NCBI GenBank assembly: GCA_030612025.1
Contig: JAUWOR010000001.1
Span: 96,001-160,000, forward strand
Direction: 5' to 3'
Length of the DNA stretch: 64,000 bases
Source: Dehalococcoidia bacterium
GTDB lineage: Bacteria > Chloroflexota > Dehalococcoidia > GIF9 > AB-539-J10
The notes under the pieces: generated by a model
Database searches by the model: none
What the model was told of the DNA's origin: nothing
Seen by the model: the letters and a program-made list of their open reading frames with translations, nothing else
Translations under genes and position numbers: made by a program
Shown here: piece by piece, positions 48,896-58,633 of the stretch
Layout: each line of letters opens with the position of its first letter
How positions within the stretch are numbered: the stretch's first letter is position 1

Positions 48896-50388
48896 CAGGC
48901 TGTCCTCCCTTCTTTGAGTCGCCTCCGGTCTATTTTACCCGAGCCAGTCTTGGGTATGCTTTCTACAAGTTCAATTTTATGGGGCAACTTATAATTAGCT
49001 AAGCTTTGACGGCAAAATTCGCGTATTCCCTTCTTACTAATAGTCTGTCCTTCCTTGGGCACTACAAACAGTGTCGGGATTTGCCCTTTAAGCTCATCCA
49101 TAACACCGACATATGCTGCTTCGGCAACACTGGGATGCTTTAAAAGCACATCCTCAACCTCTGTGGGGGGGATTTTGACTCCAGCCGAGGTTACTATAAT
49201 AAATGATTTCTTCTCGATATAGTCTATATAGCCATCTTCATCTATGCGGACTAAGTCGCCAGTATGAAACCAGCCGCCCTTAAGAACTTGAGCCGTGAGC
49301 TCAGGCACTTTATAATATTTCTTCATTACCTGAGGACTCCGACAAACAATTTCTCCTATTTCACCCTGGGGAACTTCCTTGCCAGCGGCATCTATTATCT
49401 TGATATCCTCAATTGGCTTACCTGCTGTCCCTAGCTTACGGTTGTGAATATCACCAAGGGTAGTAGCAATAGCCTCAGTAGTCCCGTATATCTCACAAAG
49501 GGTCAAGCCAAACTTCTCCTCCAAAGCCTTCATAAGATGAGCCGAGGCTTTTGCCCCGGCAGTACACGCCACCCGTAAGGAACTGAGGTCATAACTCTTA
49601 AGGGTCTCATCATCTAACATGGCTAGGGCATTATACATAGCTGGGACGCCCACCAGTATAGTTGCCTTCTCCTGCTCTACAACCTCTAAAAAATTCTTGG
49701 GAGTGAAACGAGGAAGAATTACTATAGTGGACCCTTTCATAGACGAAATAAGCCCAACAACTAACAAACCTAGGGCGTAAAAGAAGGGAATCATACCTAC
49801 GGTGATATCTTCTCTCTCTTGCCCCAAACCAGGAGCCACAGTGGTAGCAGCTACCATGAGCGAACTATGAGTATGCACTACACCCTTTTGCTTCCCTAAA
49901 ACACCAGAGGTGTATATGATGGCAGTCTCATCGTCATCTTTCATATCAACAACTGGTGATGTAGAAGAGCTATCAGCTATCATCTTGGTATAAGAGTCGC
50001 TATCAACTTCGATAATGTGTTTCAGTAAAGGGATGTTGGGGAGGATCGAAAATAGCATCTCAGAAAAACTTTTTTCTGTTAGCAAGATCGTAGAATCGGA
50101 GTCACGGAGTAAGAAATCATATTCAGGCGCCTTAAGCATAGCATTAAGGATTACAGTCTTGCCTCCAGCTTTGACAACTCCAAAGTAGTTAATAAGCCAC
50201 TCTGGATTATAGGACATTAAAATAGCTACATGGTCGCCTTTCTTCATCCCTAGCCCCATAAGGGCGTTGGCTATCCTATTAGAGCGTTCGTCTAATTCTT
50301 GATAACTAACTCTTTCAGGGCCAAGGACAATAGCAGTCTTCTGCGGCACCTCCCTGGCAGTTCTCTCCAGCATCTGTTTGATATTCAT
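48895..50388 (-). CDS. ANL-superfamily acyl-adenylate ligase (acyl-CoA/acyl-ACP synthetase-like)
   Basis: IIYTSGVLGKQKG, YGTTE, WFHTGDL, PKTGSGKI. Confidence 0.88.
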   Translation of the reverse strand: MNIKQMLERTAREVPQKTAIVLGPERVSYQELDERSNRIANALMGLGMKKGDHVAILMSYNPEWLINYFGVVKAGGKTVILNAMLKAPEYDFLLRDSDSTILLTEKSFSEMLFSILPNIPLLKHIIEVDSDSYTKMIADSSSTSPVVDMKDDDETAIIYTSGVLGKQKGVVHTHSSLMVAATTVAPGLGQEREDITVGMIPFFYALGLLVVGLISSMKGSTIVILPRFTPKNFLEVVEQEKATILVGVPAMYNALAMLDDETLKSYDLSSLRVACTAGAKASAHLMKALEEKFGLTLCEIYGTTEAIATTLGDIHNRKLGTAGKPIEDIKIIDAAGKEVPQGEIGEIVCRSPQVMKKYYKVPELTAQVLKGGWFHTGDLVRIDEDGYIDYIEKKSFIIVTSAGVKIPPTEVEDVLLKHPSVAEAAYVGVMDELKGQIPTLFVVPKEGQTISKKGIREFCRQSLANYKLPHKIELVESIPKTGSGKIDRRRLKEGRTA

Positions 50389-50866
50389 TTTTCACCTCCA
50401 AAACTTCTCTTTCAATTATATAAAACTACTAGTTCTGGAGGCAATACAATTTGGGGGCTAAGGCTTTTCCATTTTGGTTGATTTGGCATATATAGCATCA
50501 TCCAAGTACGGAGAATATGAAAAGGCCACAGTGGCCAAGAGAGTTAATTGTCGCGGTACAGAGTCAGCTTTGTCTACCTAGCAGTTATCATGGATGCTTT
50601 CTCCCTTAAAGCGACGGTTCCGTGTTATCTTCACCAGTATTGACATAGAACTCACACTGAATACATATATGATATACTGGCTCTTGTGAAGAGTAGCCTA
50701 CGCTATTTGTGGAGACATTCATGATTTAAAGAGGCTTCACTCGACACTAGACTACTGCTCACTAAATGAGTTTGAAGATAAATCGCTATAAAACAAAACA
50801 AGGGCCATCTTGCCGGATCGGTCAAACCCTTTTTGCCCAAACACTGGTGTGTAGTCCGACAGCTTG

Positions 50867-51817
50867 CTACCCTTGTGCTCGAGCTTCTACAAGATTCTGA
50901 CCATGCTTTGGAAAGCTATCTCCCTCAACTATAGATAGCCAGCCACTGAAAGACGAGCCAATTCCAGCTTTTTCTGCCGGAGTCCAATAGTTCAAATCTT
51001 TATGGGGCTTGAAGAAGTTATAATGAACTAAGCAGCCGTTTAGCAATAACCTAGAGTTCTTTTCCTTCTTCACCTTTTGTACTAGCTTATTACCACGCAT
51101 TAGAGGTTTGTTAACCTTCTTTGTCATAGCTTTGCTGGGTTTAATTATAAATCCTATATGTTGACAGCCTTCCATACCCTCTTTAAGCATCAATTCAATG
51201 TTGTTTAGATACATTTCCAGTGTGTTCGTGATAACTCTTCGTGGAAATTTGCCAGCTTTTTCAGTTGCCTGCCACGTAAGCGCCTGGAAATTTTGCATGG
51301 TGCGTGACTGCGACATGCAGGAAGCTAACAAAAATCTAGTCCTGGAGTCTATTATATGCCAAATCCACCACTTTTCACCTCTTATCTTTAGAGACGTTTC
51401 AGCGGCGATCCAAACATCCCCCACCTTTGGTTTGTAGGCTTTGGTTTTTTCAATAGCCACTTTAGTAAAACGAATTATCCACCTGTAGATGGTAGAGGTA
51501 GAAGGATAGTTCCTATATTGTTGTTCTATATGCCGACGAATAGCACAGATAGACCTTCTTTCGTAAAACATATTCAGAGCTGAGGCTACCTGAAATGAAG
51601 GTGTCTTCATATGAGGCAAGGCATCATTGTCAGCAAACTTTCTTCCACAGTCCTTACAAAAGTATCTTTGCAGACCTTGGTATTGCCCGTATTTCACTAT
51701 GTTTTTCGAGTCACAGAGCTTGCACTTCAGATCTGTTCCGCTGTCTAAACTGCGTCTAAAAAAGCCAGTTATAGCACTATTTATTGTCATTCCTATTTCG
51801 CTACTTCTCTTAGCCAT
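50867..51817 (-). mobile_element. IS6/IS240-like transposase homolog with IS1-like Zn ribbon; catalytic triad degenerate
   Basis: CKLCDS..IVKYG...QRYFCKDC; PSTSTIYRWI; WHIIDSRTRFLLAS; HYNFFKPH..TPAEKAGI. Confidence 0.75.
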
Positions 51818-51830
51818 TAGTGCCTCTTAT

Positions 51831-52166
51831 CTAACAACCCTTCACCGACACCCTTATTCCCACTCTATCAGCATTGCTATCGTTGATAATTAGTCCGGAA
51901 TCATCCAGCGCTATACGAGTAGCCACCAGAGCATAGTGAATAAAGGGGTCGGTTCTCCTTATCCTCTTTTTATCCAAGAAATCTTCAGGATGGAAATCTT
52001 TTATCTCAGCAGCGATTTGCGTCTTAAAACCGGTAGGGTCAAACTTGGTGATTCTCGCTACCCCTGATTTGCCCCGGCATAAAGCCTGCCATGACTGCTC
52101 AGTACCAGTTGCCAGGGGAGTAACGGCACCAACGCCGGTAACGGCTACTCTCCTCTTATGGTTCAT
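51831..52166 (-). pseudogene. fabF: Truncated fabF duplicate (first ~103 codons)
   Basis: Colinear with 48183-48494; diverges after ADRVGI. Confidence 0.88.
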
Positions 52167-52168
52167 TG

Positions 52169-52408
52169 TTAACTTTTTAACTCGATGTAGTTAACTGCGT
52201 CCTGGACAGTTTGTATTTTCTCCGCATCCTCGTCTGGGATTTCAATCCCGAAGGTATCTTCCGCTGCGGTAATAAACTCTATCAAATCTAAGCTATCAGC
52301 ACCAAGATCATCAATAAATGAGGCTTCGGGAACTACTTTTGTTTCCTCAACTTCCAATAGCTCTACGATTAACTTTTTTAACCTTTCAAGGATATTTCCA
52401 TCACTCAC
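52169..52408 (-). CDS. acpP: Acyl carrier protein (second copy, GTG start)
   Basis: Identical to 48497..48736 except one L/V change near the C-terminus. Confidence 0.92.
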   Translation of the reverse strand: MSDGNILERLKKLIVELLEVEETKVVPEASFIDDLGADSLDLIEFITAAEDTFGIEIPDEDAEKIQTVQDAVNYIELKS

Positions 52409-52430
52409 TTTTTACCTCATTTCTGGGCTG

Positions 52431-52567
52431 AGACTGTTTAATTTTGCCTCATCCGGATTCTCGTAGTGCGACCCTTTAGGGTCGTGCTCGAGGCTAAAGT
52501 AGTTGCCTGATTTATCAGGCTCTTATTGCCCAATAAATTGGGCAACTACTACATTTTTAAACACCCT
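52431..52567 (-). mobile_element. MITE copy (within the duplicated segment)
   Basis: Near-identical to 48759-48895. Confidence 0.8.
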
Positions 52568-52707
52568 CTCCTAATGCTACTTCCTCCTACCACCTCCGTC
52601 AATATATCATGTCACGATGTATACCCTGTCCAAAACTGCTAGTGCATAAATGACGAAAAGGTGAACCATCCTCGTAAGTATCCGAACATTTAACTGAGCC
52701 GCTAAAA

Positions 52708-53586
52708 TTAAATCTCAAATCGCATGCCGGTGCGCAAAGGCGAGAATCTTTCTTTAAAGGTAAGGTAAAGCTCAACTTGCGCTTTGAACCCTGTGCAATG
52801 ACCGGCGCCTATCCGTGCCACACTCAACTTAGAAAGCTCCTCAACCGTTCTCTTTATTCGAGCCTCAGGTGCCTCCACAAGATGGAAACCGCCGATAATA
52901 GCCCCTATTTTCTCACAGCCGGTTAACTCTATGGCCTGGTTCACAATATTAACGATCCCAGCATGGCTGCAACCTGTGACAATTACCAAACCTTTCTCTT
53001 TAACATTTGCTACCACAGAAATATCGTCGAGCATCTGGTCATCTTTGACCCTCCCATTTTCTATCGTCTTCACCCCTATCCCTACTTCCTCAAACTCAGT
53101 TTGCCTCTTTACTTCGCCGGTCGTCATAATCCCGGGCATTATCACAAGAGGGTCTCTAGTGAGAAGAAGTCTCCCCCCAGCTTTTTCTATGTTCTCCTTC
53201 GAATCATCTGGCATAATGCCTACATACTTAAAATAGGTATCAATAACAAAATTTGGACGGAAGATATCTGGATGAGCAATTACCCGGATATCCCTTTTAC
53301 CTATTTCTCTGAGCATATTCACTACTCCTTTGGTGTGGTCATAGTGGCAATGAGTTAGAGCGATCACATCAATAGCCGATGGGGAAATATTCATGATTCT
53401 CATATTGCTAAGAAGGGCTTGTGAGTTTTGACCAACATCAACGAGGATTCTCCTAATATTCGAGTCCTTTGTTCCTTCAAGAAGAAAAGAGACCCCGTGT
53501 TGTCCTAAATATGGGCTTTCATAAAGGACAGAATCCTCTGCCAAGACTGTAATTTTAAGACTGTCTAGCTCGCTGGTTTCTGCCAT
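52708..53586 (-). CDS. MBL-fold metallohydrolase (COG1237/MJ0301-like)
   Basis: HGVSFL, LVDVG, THCHYDHTKG, TGCSHAG, GGFHL, GHCTG. Confidence 0.88.
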   Translation of the reverse strand: MAETSELDSLKITVLAEDSVLYESPYLGQHGVSFLLEGTKDSNIRRILVDVGQNSQALLSNMRIMNISPSAIDVIALTHCHYDHTKGVVNMLREIGKRDIRVIAHPDIFRPNFVIDTYFKYVGIMPDDSKENIEKAGGRLLLTRDPLVIMPGIMTTGEVKRQTEFEEVGIGVKTIENGRVKDDQMLDDISVVANVKEKGLVIVTGCSHAGIVNIVNQAIELTGCEKIGAIIGGFHLVEAPEARIKRTVEELSKLSVARIGAGHCTGFKAQVELYLTFKERFSPLRTGMRFEI

Positions 53587-53667
53587 CTTCAAAATTCTCT
53601 TAGACAAAATTAGGGCACCACCCTATAAGACAGCAGCGCCCTAATCTATCTTCAGCCCACTACTTAC

Positions 53668-54834
53668 TTATTTACTAACTACCTTTATTCTAGCATTCTT
53701 ATAACCAGTTTCAGTTGCAGGATCCTTAACCACTTCCCAAATTTCAAAGGTGCCCGAAGTGCGGTCACCCACCTCGTCAAAAGCAATAGGGCCAGTGACA
53801 CCCTCAAATTCCAGCCCGGTCAAGGCAGCCCTTATAGCCTCGCCATCATAGACACCGGCTTTTTCTATTGCCTTGACTGCTGTCCGCACGGCATCATAAG
53901 TAGTATCGCAGTAAATCTCAGGAGCCTCGCCAAACTTATCAGTGTATTTAGCAACAAACTGTTCATAAGCTGATCCTGAGCCAACAGTTCTAGTCCCAGC
54001 AACAATGGCTTTCTCCATGAACTCAGCACTCTTCGGTTCTTTAAAGAGACCTGAACCGTAGTTACCATCACAGCCAAGCCAGGCGATGTTATCCAAACCC
54101 ATCTCTAAGGCCTGCTTGAAGACTATAATGCCATCATCACAATAGCTAACAATAAGGACTGCATCAGGGTTGCTGCCCTTAATTTGCTGTAGCTCAGTGC
54201 GATAATCCTTTTTAGCCTCAGCATAGTGTATTGATACCACATGCTCCCCTTGCCATCCTGCCTCTTGAAGCCCTTCAATAAGCGCTTCTTCTACACCTTT
54301 GCCGTATAGGTTATCCAGTACTATAGAAGCTAGCCTGGTATAGCCTTCCTCCATAGCGATGCTGGCTAGCACCCGGCCTTGGGCATCATCAAGAAGACAT
54401 GCGCGGAAGAACCACTCAGTACCCTCCATTTCAGAAAGCTCAAATGCTGTAGCTGACATTGTTATCAGAGGAACCTTGTGCTCTTTCGCATATGGGATGG
54501 CAAGCTTAGAAGAACCTGAGATCATAGGGCCAACGATTACTTGTACCCCGTCTATCTCTATCAGCTTCTTAACTCTTTCCAAACCTGCCGCTGGGTCTGT
54601 CTTGCCATCCTCTTCCACCAATTCCACCTGTTTTCCCAACACCCCACCAGCAGCATTGATTTCCTCAACTGCTAGCTTGGCACCATTCAGCATCCTAGCC
54701 CCCATGGCAGCCAAGTCCCCACTGAGGTCCATTACACAGCCTACCTTGATTGTTTCAGCCTCCTTCGGCGCGCAGGCCACCGCTGGAATAAGCAAACTCA
54801 GGGCAGCTACCACTAATAATAGTTTTTTAATCAT
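53668..54834 (-). CDS. Liv-type ABC substrate-binding lipoprotein
   Basis: Lipobox VAC; LAVEEINAAGGVLG; FEGVTGPIAFD..GDR. Confidence 0.92.
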   Translation of the reverse strand: MIKKLLLVVAALSLLIPAVACAPKEAETIKVGCVMDLSGDLAAMGARMLNGAKLAVEEINAAGGVLGKQVELVEEDGKTDPAAGLERVKKLIEIDGVQVIVGPMISGSSKLAIPYAKEHKVPLITMSATAFELSEMEGTEWFFRACLLDDAQGRVLASIAMEEGYTRLASIVLDNLYGKGVEEALIEGLQEAGWQGEHVVSIHYAEAKKDYRTELQQIKGSNPDAVLIVSYCDDGIIVFKQALEMGLDNIAWLGCDGNYGSGLFKEPKSAEFMEKAIVAGTRTVGSGSAYEQFVAKYTDKFGEAPEIYCDTTYDAVRTAVKAIEKAGVYDGEAIRAALTGLEFEGVTGPIAFDEVGDRTSGTFEIWEVVKDPATETGYKNARIKVVSK

Positions 54835-54863
54835 GTTTCACTCCTTTCATGGAAATTTAATTG

Positions 54864-55619
54864 TTAATTGTGCACGGAAGATAAATCCGTGTCAATACCC
54901 TTAGGCTCTAAACCTAAAAATCGATGCTTAGAGGATTCTTCAGTAAATAGGGAAGCAGCTTCTCCTTCCATAGCACAAGTGCCATTAACTAAAACATAAC
55001 CCCGGCTAGAAACACTCAAAGCCTTTTTGACATTTTGCTCCACTATTACTATAGCTACGCCAGCTTCTTTTATCCTCTCCATCTTAGATAAAATGGCTGA
55101 AGTCGGCTTAGGAGATAGGGAAGCTAATGGCTCATCAAGCAGCAGGACTTTTGGTTCTGCCATCATAGCTCTAGCTATAGCTAACATTTGCCTTTCCCCA
55201 CCACTTAAGCTTCCCGCCAAGGCATTTTTTCTCACCTCAAGCTCGGGGAACATCTCATATATCTCCGCCATCCCAGCTTTAATAGAAGCTTTACCCTTCC
55301 TATGATAGGCTCCCATATCTAAATTCTCTCTTATGGTGAGATTGGGGAAAATATTGTTTATTTGAGGCACATAGCCTATGCCCATACTTACCACCCGATC
55401 AGAAGCTATTCCAGTAATATCCTTGCCTTGATAAAAAACACTACCTCGAAATAGCTTGACAAAGCCAAGACAGCTTTTGATCAAGGTTGATTTGCCACTG
55501 CCATTAGGTCCCACGATAGCCACAATCTCACCCTCAGCTATCCTGACGGAGACATCATGGACAATAATGACGTCGCCATAGCCAGCATCAATGTTTTCAG
55601 CCGCGAAGATAGGTTCCAC
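54864..55619 (-). CDS. livF: ABC ATPase, LivF-like
   Basis: GPNGSGKST, LSGGERQMLA, LLDEP. Confidence 0.9.
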   Translation of the reverse strand: MEPIFAAENIDAGYGDVIIVHDVSVRIAEGEIVAIVGPNGSGKSTLIKSCLGFVKLFRGSVFYQGKDITGIASDRVVSMGIGYVPQINNIFPNLTIRENLDMGAYHRKGKASIKAGMAEIYEMFPELEVRKNALAGSLSGGERQMLAIARAMMAEPKVLLLDEPLASLSPKPTSAILSKMERIKEAGVAIVIVEQNVKKALSVSSRGYVLVNGTCAMEGEAASLFTEESSKHRFLGLEPKGIDTDLSSVHN

Positions 55620-56396
55620 TTATTCTTCCCCCAGATATGCCTGATAAAAAGCAGGGTCATCAATTATGGCTTGAGGTTGTCCCGTAGCCACCATCTTTCC
55701 TTTATCCATAACATAAACCCAGGAGGCAAACTCAAACAATATCTCCAGCCTATGCTCCACAATGAAAAAAGTCGTGCCATTATAAGAGAAATCTTTTAAT
55801 TTCTGAAATATGCTCCTGCCCAACACAGGATTTATTCCCGCGGCTGGTTCGTCAAGAAGCAAAAGCGTCGGCTTAGCCATAAGCCCCCTGGCAACTTCCA
55901 GAAGCTTTCTCTGTCCTCCAGAAAGCTCACCAGCAGGGGAAAAAGCCCATTGAGCCAGCTCCGCAAGCTCCAGGATATCTAGAGCTTCTTGGATTAGTCC
56001 TTTTTCCTGCTCCTGCCACTTCCTCCTCAGGAAAAGGCTATTTAATAATCTATCGCCCTGGTGTCCACGTGCTGCCACCAGCATATTGTCTAATACGCTC
56101 ATTTGAAGAAAGAGGCGCGGCAATTGAAAGGCATTAACCAGCCCCAAAGCATAAATTTGGTGAGGAGCTAAGTTGCTGATGCAGTTACTATTGAAATAAA
56201 TATTTCCCTGATCAGGTCTGTAGAGACCGAGGATGGTATTAAACAAGGTAGTCTTGCCACTGCCATTAGGTCCCACCAAGCCACAAATGCCACCCTGTTT
56301 GACATCCAGGCTTACACCATTGACGGCATAAACGCCACCAAAATGCTTGCTAACTTCTTCTATCTTTAATAATGTTTCTTCCATATAAATCGCCAT
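55620..56396 (-). CDS. livG: ABC ATPase, LivG-like
   Basis: GPNGSGKTT, LSGGQRK, LLDEPAAG, VEH, AYLG. Confidence 0.9.
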   Translation of the reverse strand: MAIYMEETLLKIEEVSKHFGGVYAVNGVSLDVKQGGICGLVGPNGSGKTTLFNTILGLYRPDQGNIYFNSNCISNLAPHQIYALGLVNAFQLPRLFLQMSVLDNMLVAARGHQGDRLLNSLFLRRKWQEQEKGLIQEALDILELAELAQWAFSPAGELSGGQRKLLEVARGLMAKPTLLLLDEPAAGINPVLGRSIFQKLKDFSYNGTTFFIVEHRLEILFEFASWVYVMDKGKMVATGQPQAIIDDPAFYQAYLGEE

Positions 56397-56529
56397 GACC
56401 TTGCCAATTTTCGTCTGTCGGGATGCATGCTATCAAGATGGATGAGATTATATCGCTAAAACTTCTTTATATCTAGCCCCTTTTTACAGGGGCCATATAA
56501 AGACAAAGAGACGAATACCAAAGTGCTTG

Positions 56530-57474
56530 CTAACTTCCCTTATTTTTAGTAGCGCTTCTTTCATAGCGAGCTAACTCTATTGCCTTTGTCTTAATCCGGC
56601 TTTCCTTTAACAAACCCTGTGGTCGGTAAAGCAAAACAAAGATAATTAAAGCACCAAATAAAATATATTGCAAGCTACTGGGGTCAATGGGCAAAACTAA
56701 ATAATCCTTAGCCATATTCGCCCCTCGATCGAATAGCTCCACCAGCCCAGCACCTAACAATACTCCCCAGTTATTAGCTGGTCCTCCCAAAAGAACCATT
56801 ATCCACACGGTAAAGGTAACCATAGGCATAAACATGCCAGGGAGGACGCACTGAAGATATTGAGCATAAAGCCCACCAGCTACTCCGGCTATAGCCGAAC
56901 CTAACATAAGTGCTTGAGCTTTGTATTTAGCCCTATCCTTTCCCAATGCTTCAGCAGCTACCTCATCCTCCCTTATGGCTCGCATTGCCCTACCATAAGG
57001 GGAGTTGGCCAAAAGTTGAACCACGAGGAAACAGATAAACAAACAAAAATAGACCAGGCCTATATTCACTAGAGCGTCAACACGATGAGAGGCGCCCATC
57101 AGAGAAATAGCTGGTGAAACTGTTACCCCCCAATCACCCCCAGCAATCCAATCTTCAGATTTAACAATCAATCTCAAGATTTCACCAAAAGCTAAGACTA
57201 CTATAGCTAAGTAATCCGCTCTCAACCTCAGAGCAGGCAAAGAAATAAGCAAGCCAAAAATAGCTGAGATTAAGGCGCCAGCGATAAGGCAAAGATAAAA
57301 GGGAAGACCAGTTTGAGACAGGAGGGCATAGGTGTAAGCACCAATGAGAAAGAAAGCCACCTTACCAAAATTGGCAAGCCCGGCAAAGCCAAACTCCAGG
57401 TTCAGGCTCAGAGCTACTATGCCAAAGATGCCAATATAGACAATAAGGTCGAGAACATAAAGTAGGGGATCCAA
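56530..57474 (-). CDS. livM: ABC permease, LivM-like
   Basis: LNLEFGFAGLANFG, LRLRADYLAIV, AIREDEVAA. Confidence 0.88.
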   Translation of the reverse strand: MDPLLYVLDLIVYIGIFGIVALSLNLEFGFAGLANFGKVAFFLIGAYTYALLSQTGLPFYLCLIAGALISAIFGLLISLPALRLRADYLAIVVLAFGEILRLIVKSEDWIAGGDWGVTVSPAISLMGASHRVDALVNIGLVYFCLFICFLVVQLLANSPYGRAMRAIREDEVAAEALGKDRAKYKAQALMLGSAIAGVAGGLYAQYLQCVLPGMFMPMVTFTVWIMVLLGGPANNWGVLLGAGLVELFDRGANMAKDYLVLPIDPSSLQYILFGALIIFVLLYRPQGLLKESRIKTKAIELARYERSATKNKGS

Positions 57475-57475
57475 A

Positions 57476-58363
57476 TCAAGCTCTCCTAAACAACATAGCT
57501 AATCCCTGCGGCCTCACAATTAGAGTTATTATCAAAATCAAGAAAGCTATACCTATACGATATGCCGTAGAAAGCCCCAGAGCTATCAACCCTACCACCC
57601 CAATATTTTCAGCTAGTCCAATGATGAAGGCTGCGGCTATGGCACCATAAAAGTTGCCAATGCCGCCAAGTATAGCAACGGCGAACATAGGTAATATGAT
57701 ATCCCATCCCGTCATAGGCCAGATCTGGGTATCGGCAGCGCGAAATATGCCAGCAATGGCTGCCAGTCCGGCACCAATAAACCAGGTTAGCCAGATCACC
57801 CGGTCAACACTGATTCCCGAGGCCAAGGCAAGCTCTGGATTGCTAGAAGTCGCCCTTATTGCCTTGCCTATCTTGGTTTTCACCAAAATAAAGTGCATGA
57901 TAACTGCTAGAGCTAGGGCAGTAAAAATAAGCCATAGCCATAGACCAGTAACCCTTAGTGGACCTACAGCATAAGAAGACCAGGTAGTGGTAAAATACAA
58001 AGGTCTCCAAGTCCAAATGCCGCCAATGGAATGCCTCAGGATAAAGCCCAAGGCAATGGAAGCCACCATAAGGTGGATGATGGTAGCTCCCTTTTTGGCT
58101 AAAGGCTGGAAGATGCCACGGTAACATAAAAAACCCACTATCCCAGTGACCAAGAAGGCAACAATAAGAGCTGCTGGCAAACCTAACCCTAATTGCTCCG
58201 CCACAAAGTAGCCGATAAAAGCACCTAAGGTAATAAGCTCCGCATGGGCAAAATTGGGGAAATTAGACAGACCATAGGTTAAGGTAAGCCCTACCGCCCC
58301 AATGAGATAAAGGCTTCCCGTAATCACGGAATTAAATAGCACTTGTGCCCAGTTGACTGTCAT
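57476..58363 (-). CDS. livH: ABC permease, LivH-like
   Basis: GLTLTYG..NFAHAE, GKAIRA, ILGGIG, RPQGL. Confidence 0.88.
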   Translation of the reverse strand: MTVNWAQVLFNSVITGSLYLIGAVGLTLTYGLSNFPNFAHAELITLGAFIGYFVAEQLGLGLPAALIVAFLVTGIVGFLCYRGIFQPLAKKGATIIHLMVASIALGFILRHSIGGIWTWRPLYFTTTWSSYAVGPLRVTGLWLWLIFTALALAVIMHFILVKTKIGKAIRATSSNPELALASGISVDRVIWLTWFIGAGLAAIAGIFRAADTQIWPMTGWDIILPMFAVAILGGIGNFYGAIAAAFIIGLAENIGVVGLIALGLSTAYRIGIAFLILIITLIVRPQGLAMLFRRA

Positions 58364-58633
58364 AGCTAGGGTAATAAATAAGATTTTAGCTCAGTTAAGT
58401 TGCTAATAGCCTCCTGATGGTCATCCCCAGCCCTATGGAGCCAGAAAGTGCCCTCAGGAGCCAAGTTTCCAGCCGTGGTCAACACGCTCCAAATATAACA
58501 AAGTTACCACCAGCTTGAGTAGACAAGAGCAACACCCTGCTAGGTTACTTCCACAAAATTTGACCAAGAGCCTAGTTTTTCAAAGAATATTTAGCAGTTT
58601 TCTCCACGATACATTAGCACACTTTTGGGCAAA

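Noticed and set aside
50390-50860. Riboswitch upstream of the acyl ligase
   Set aside because: The intergenic region is long, but I recognise no aptamer consensus or terminator.
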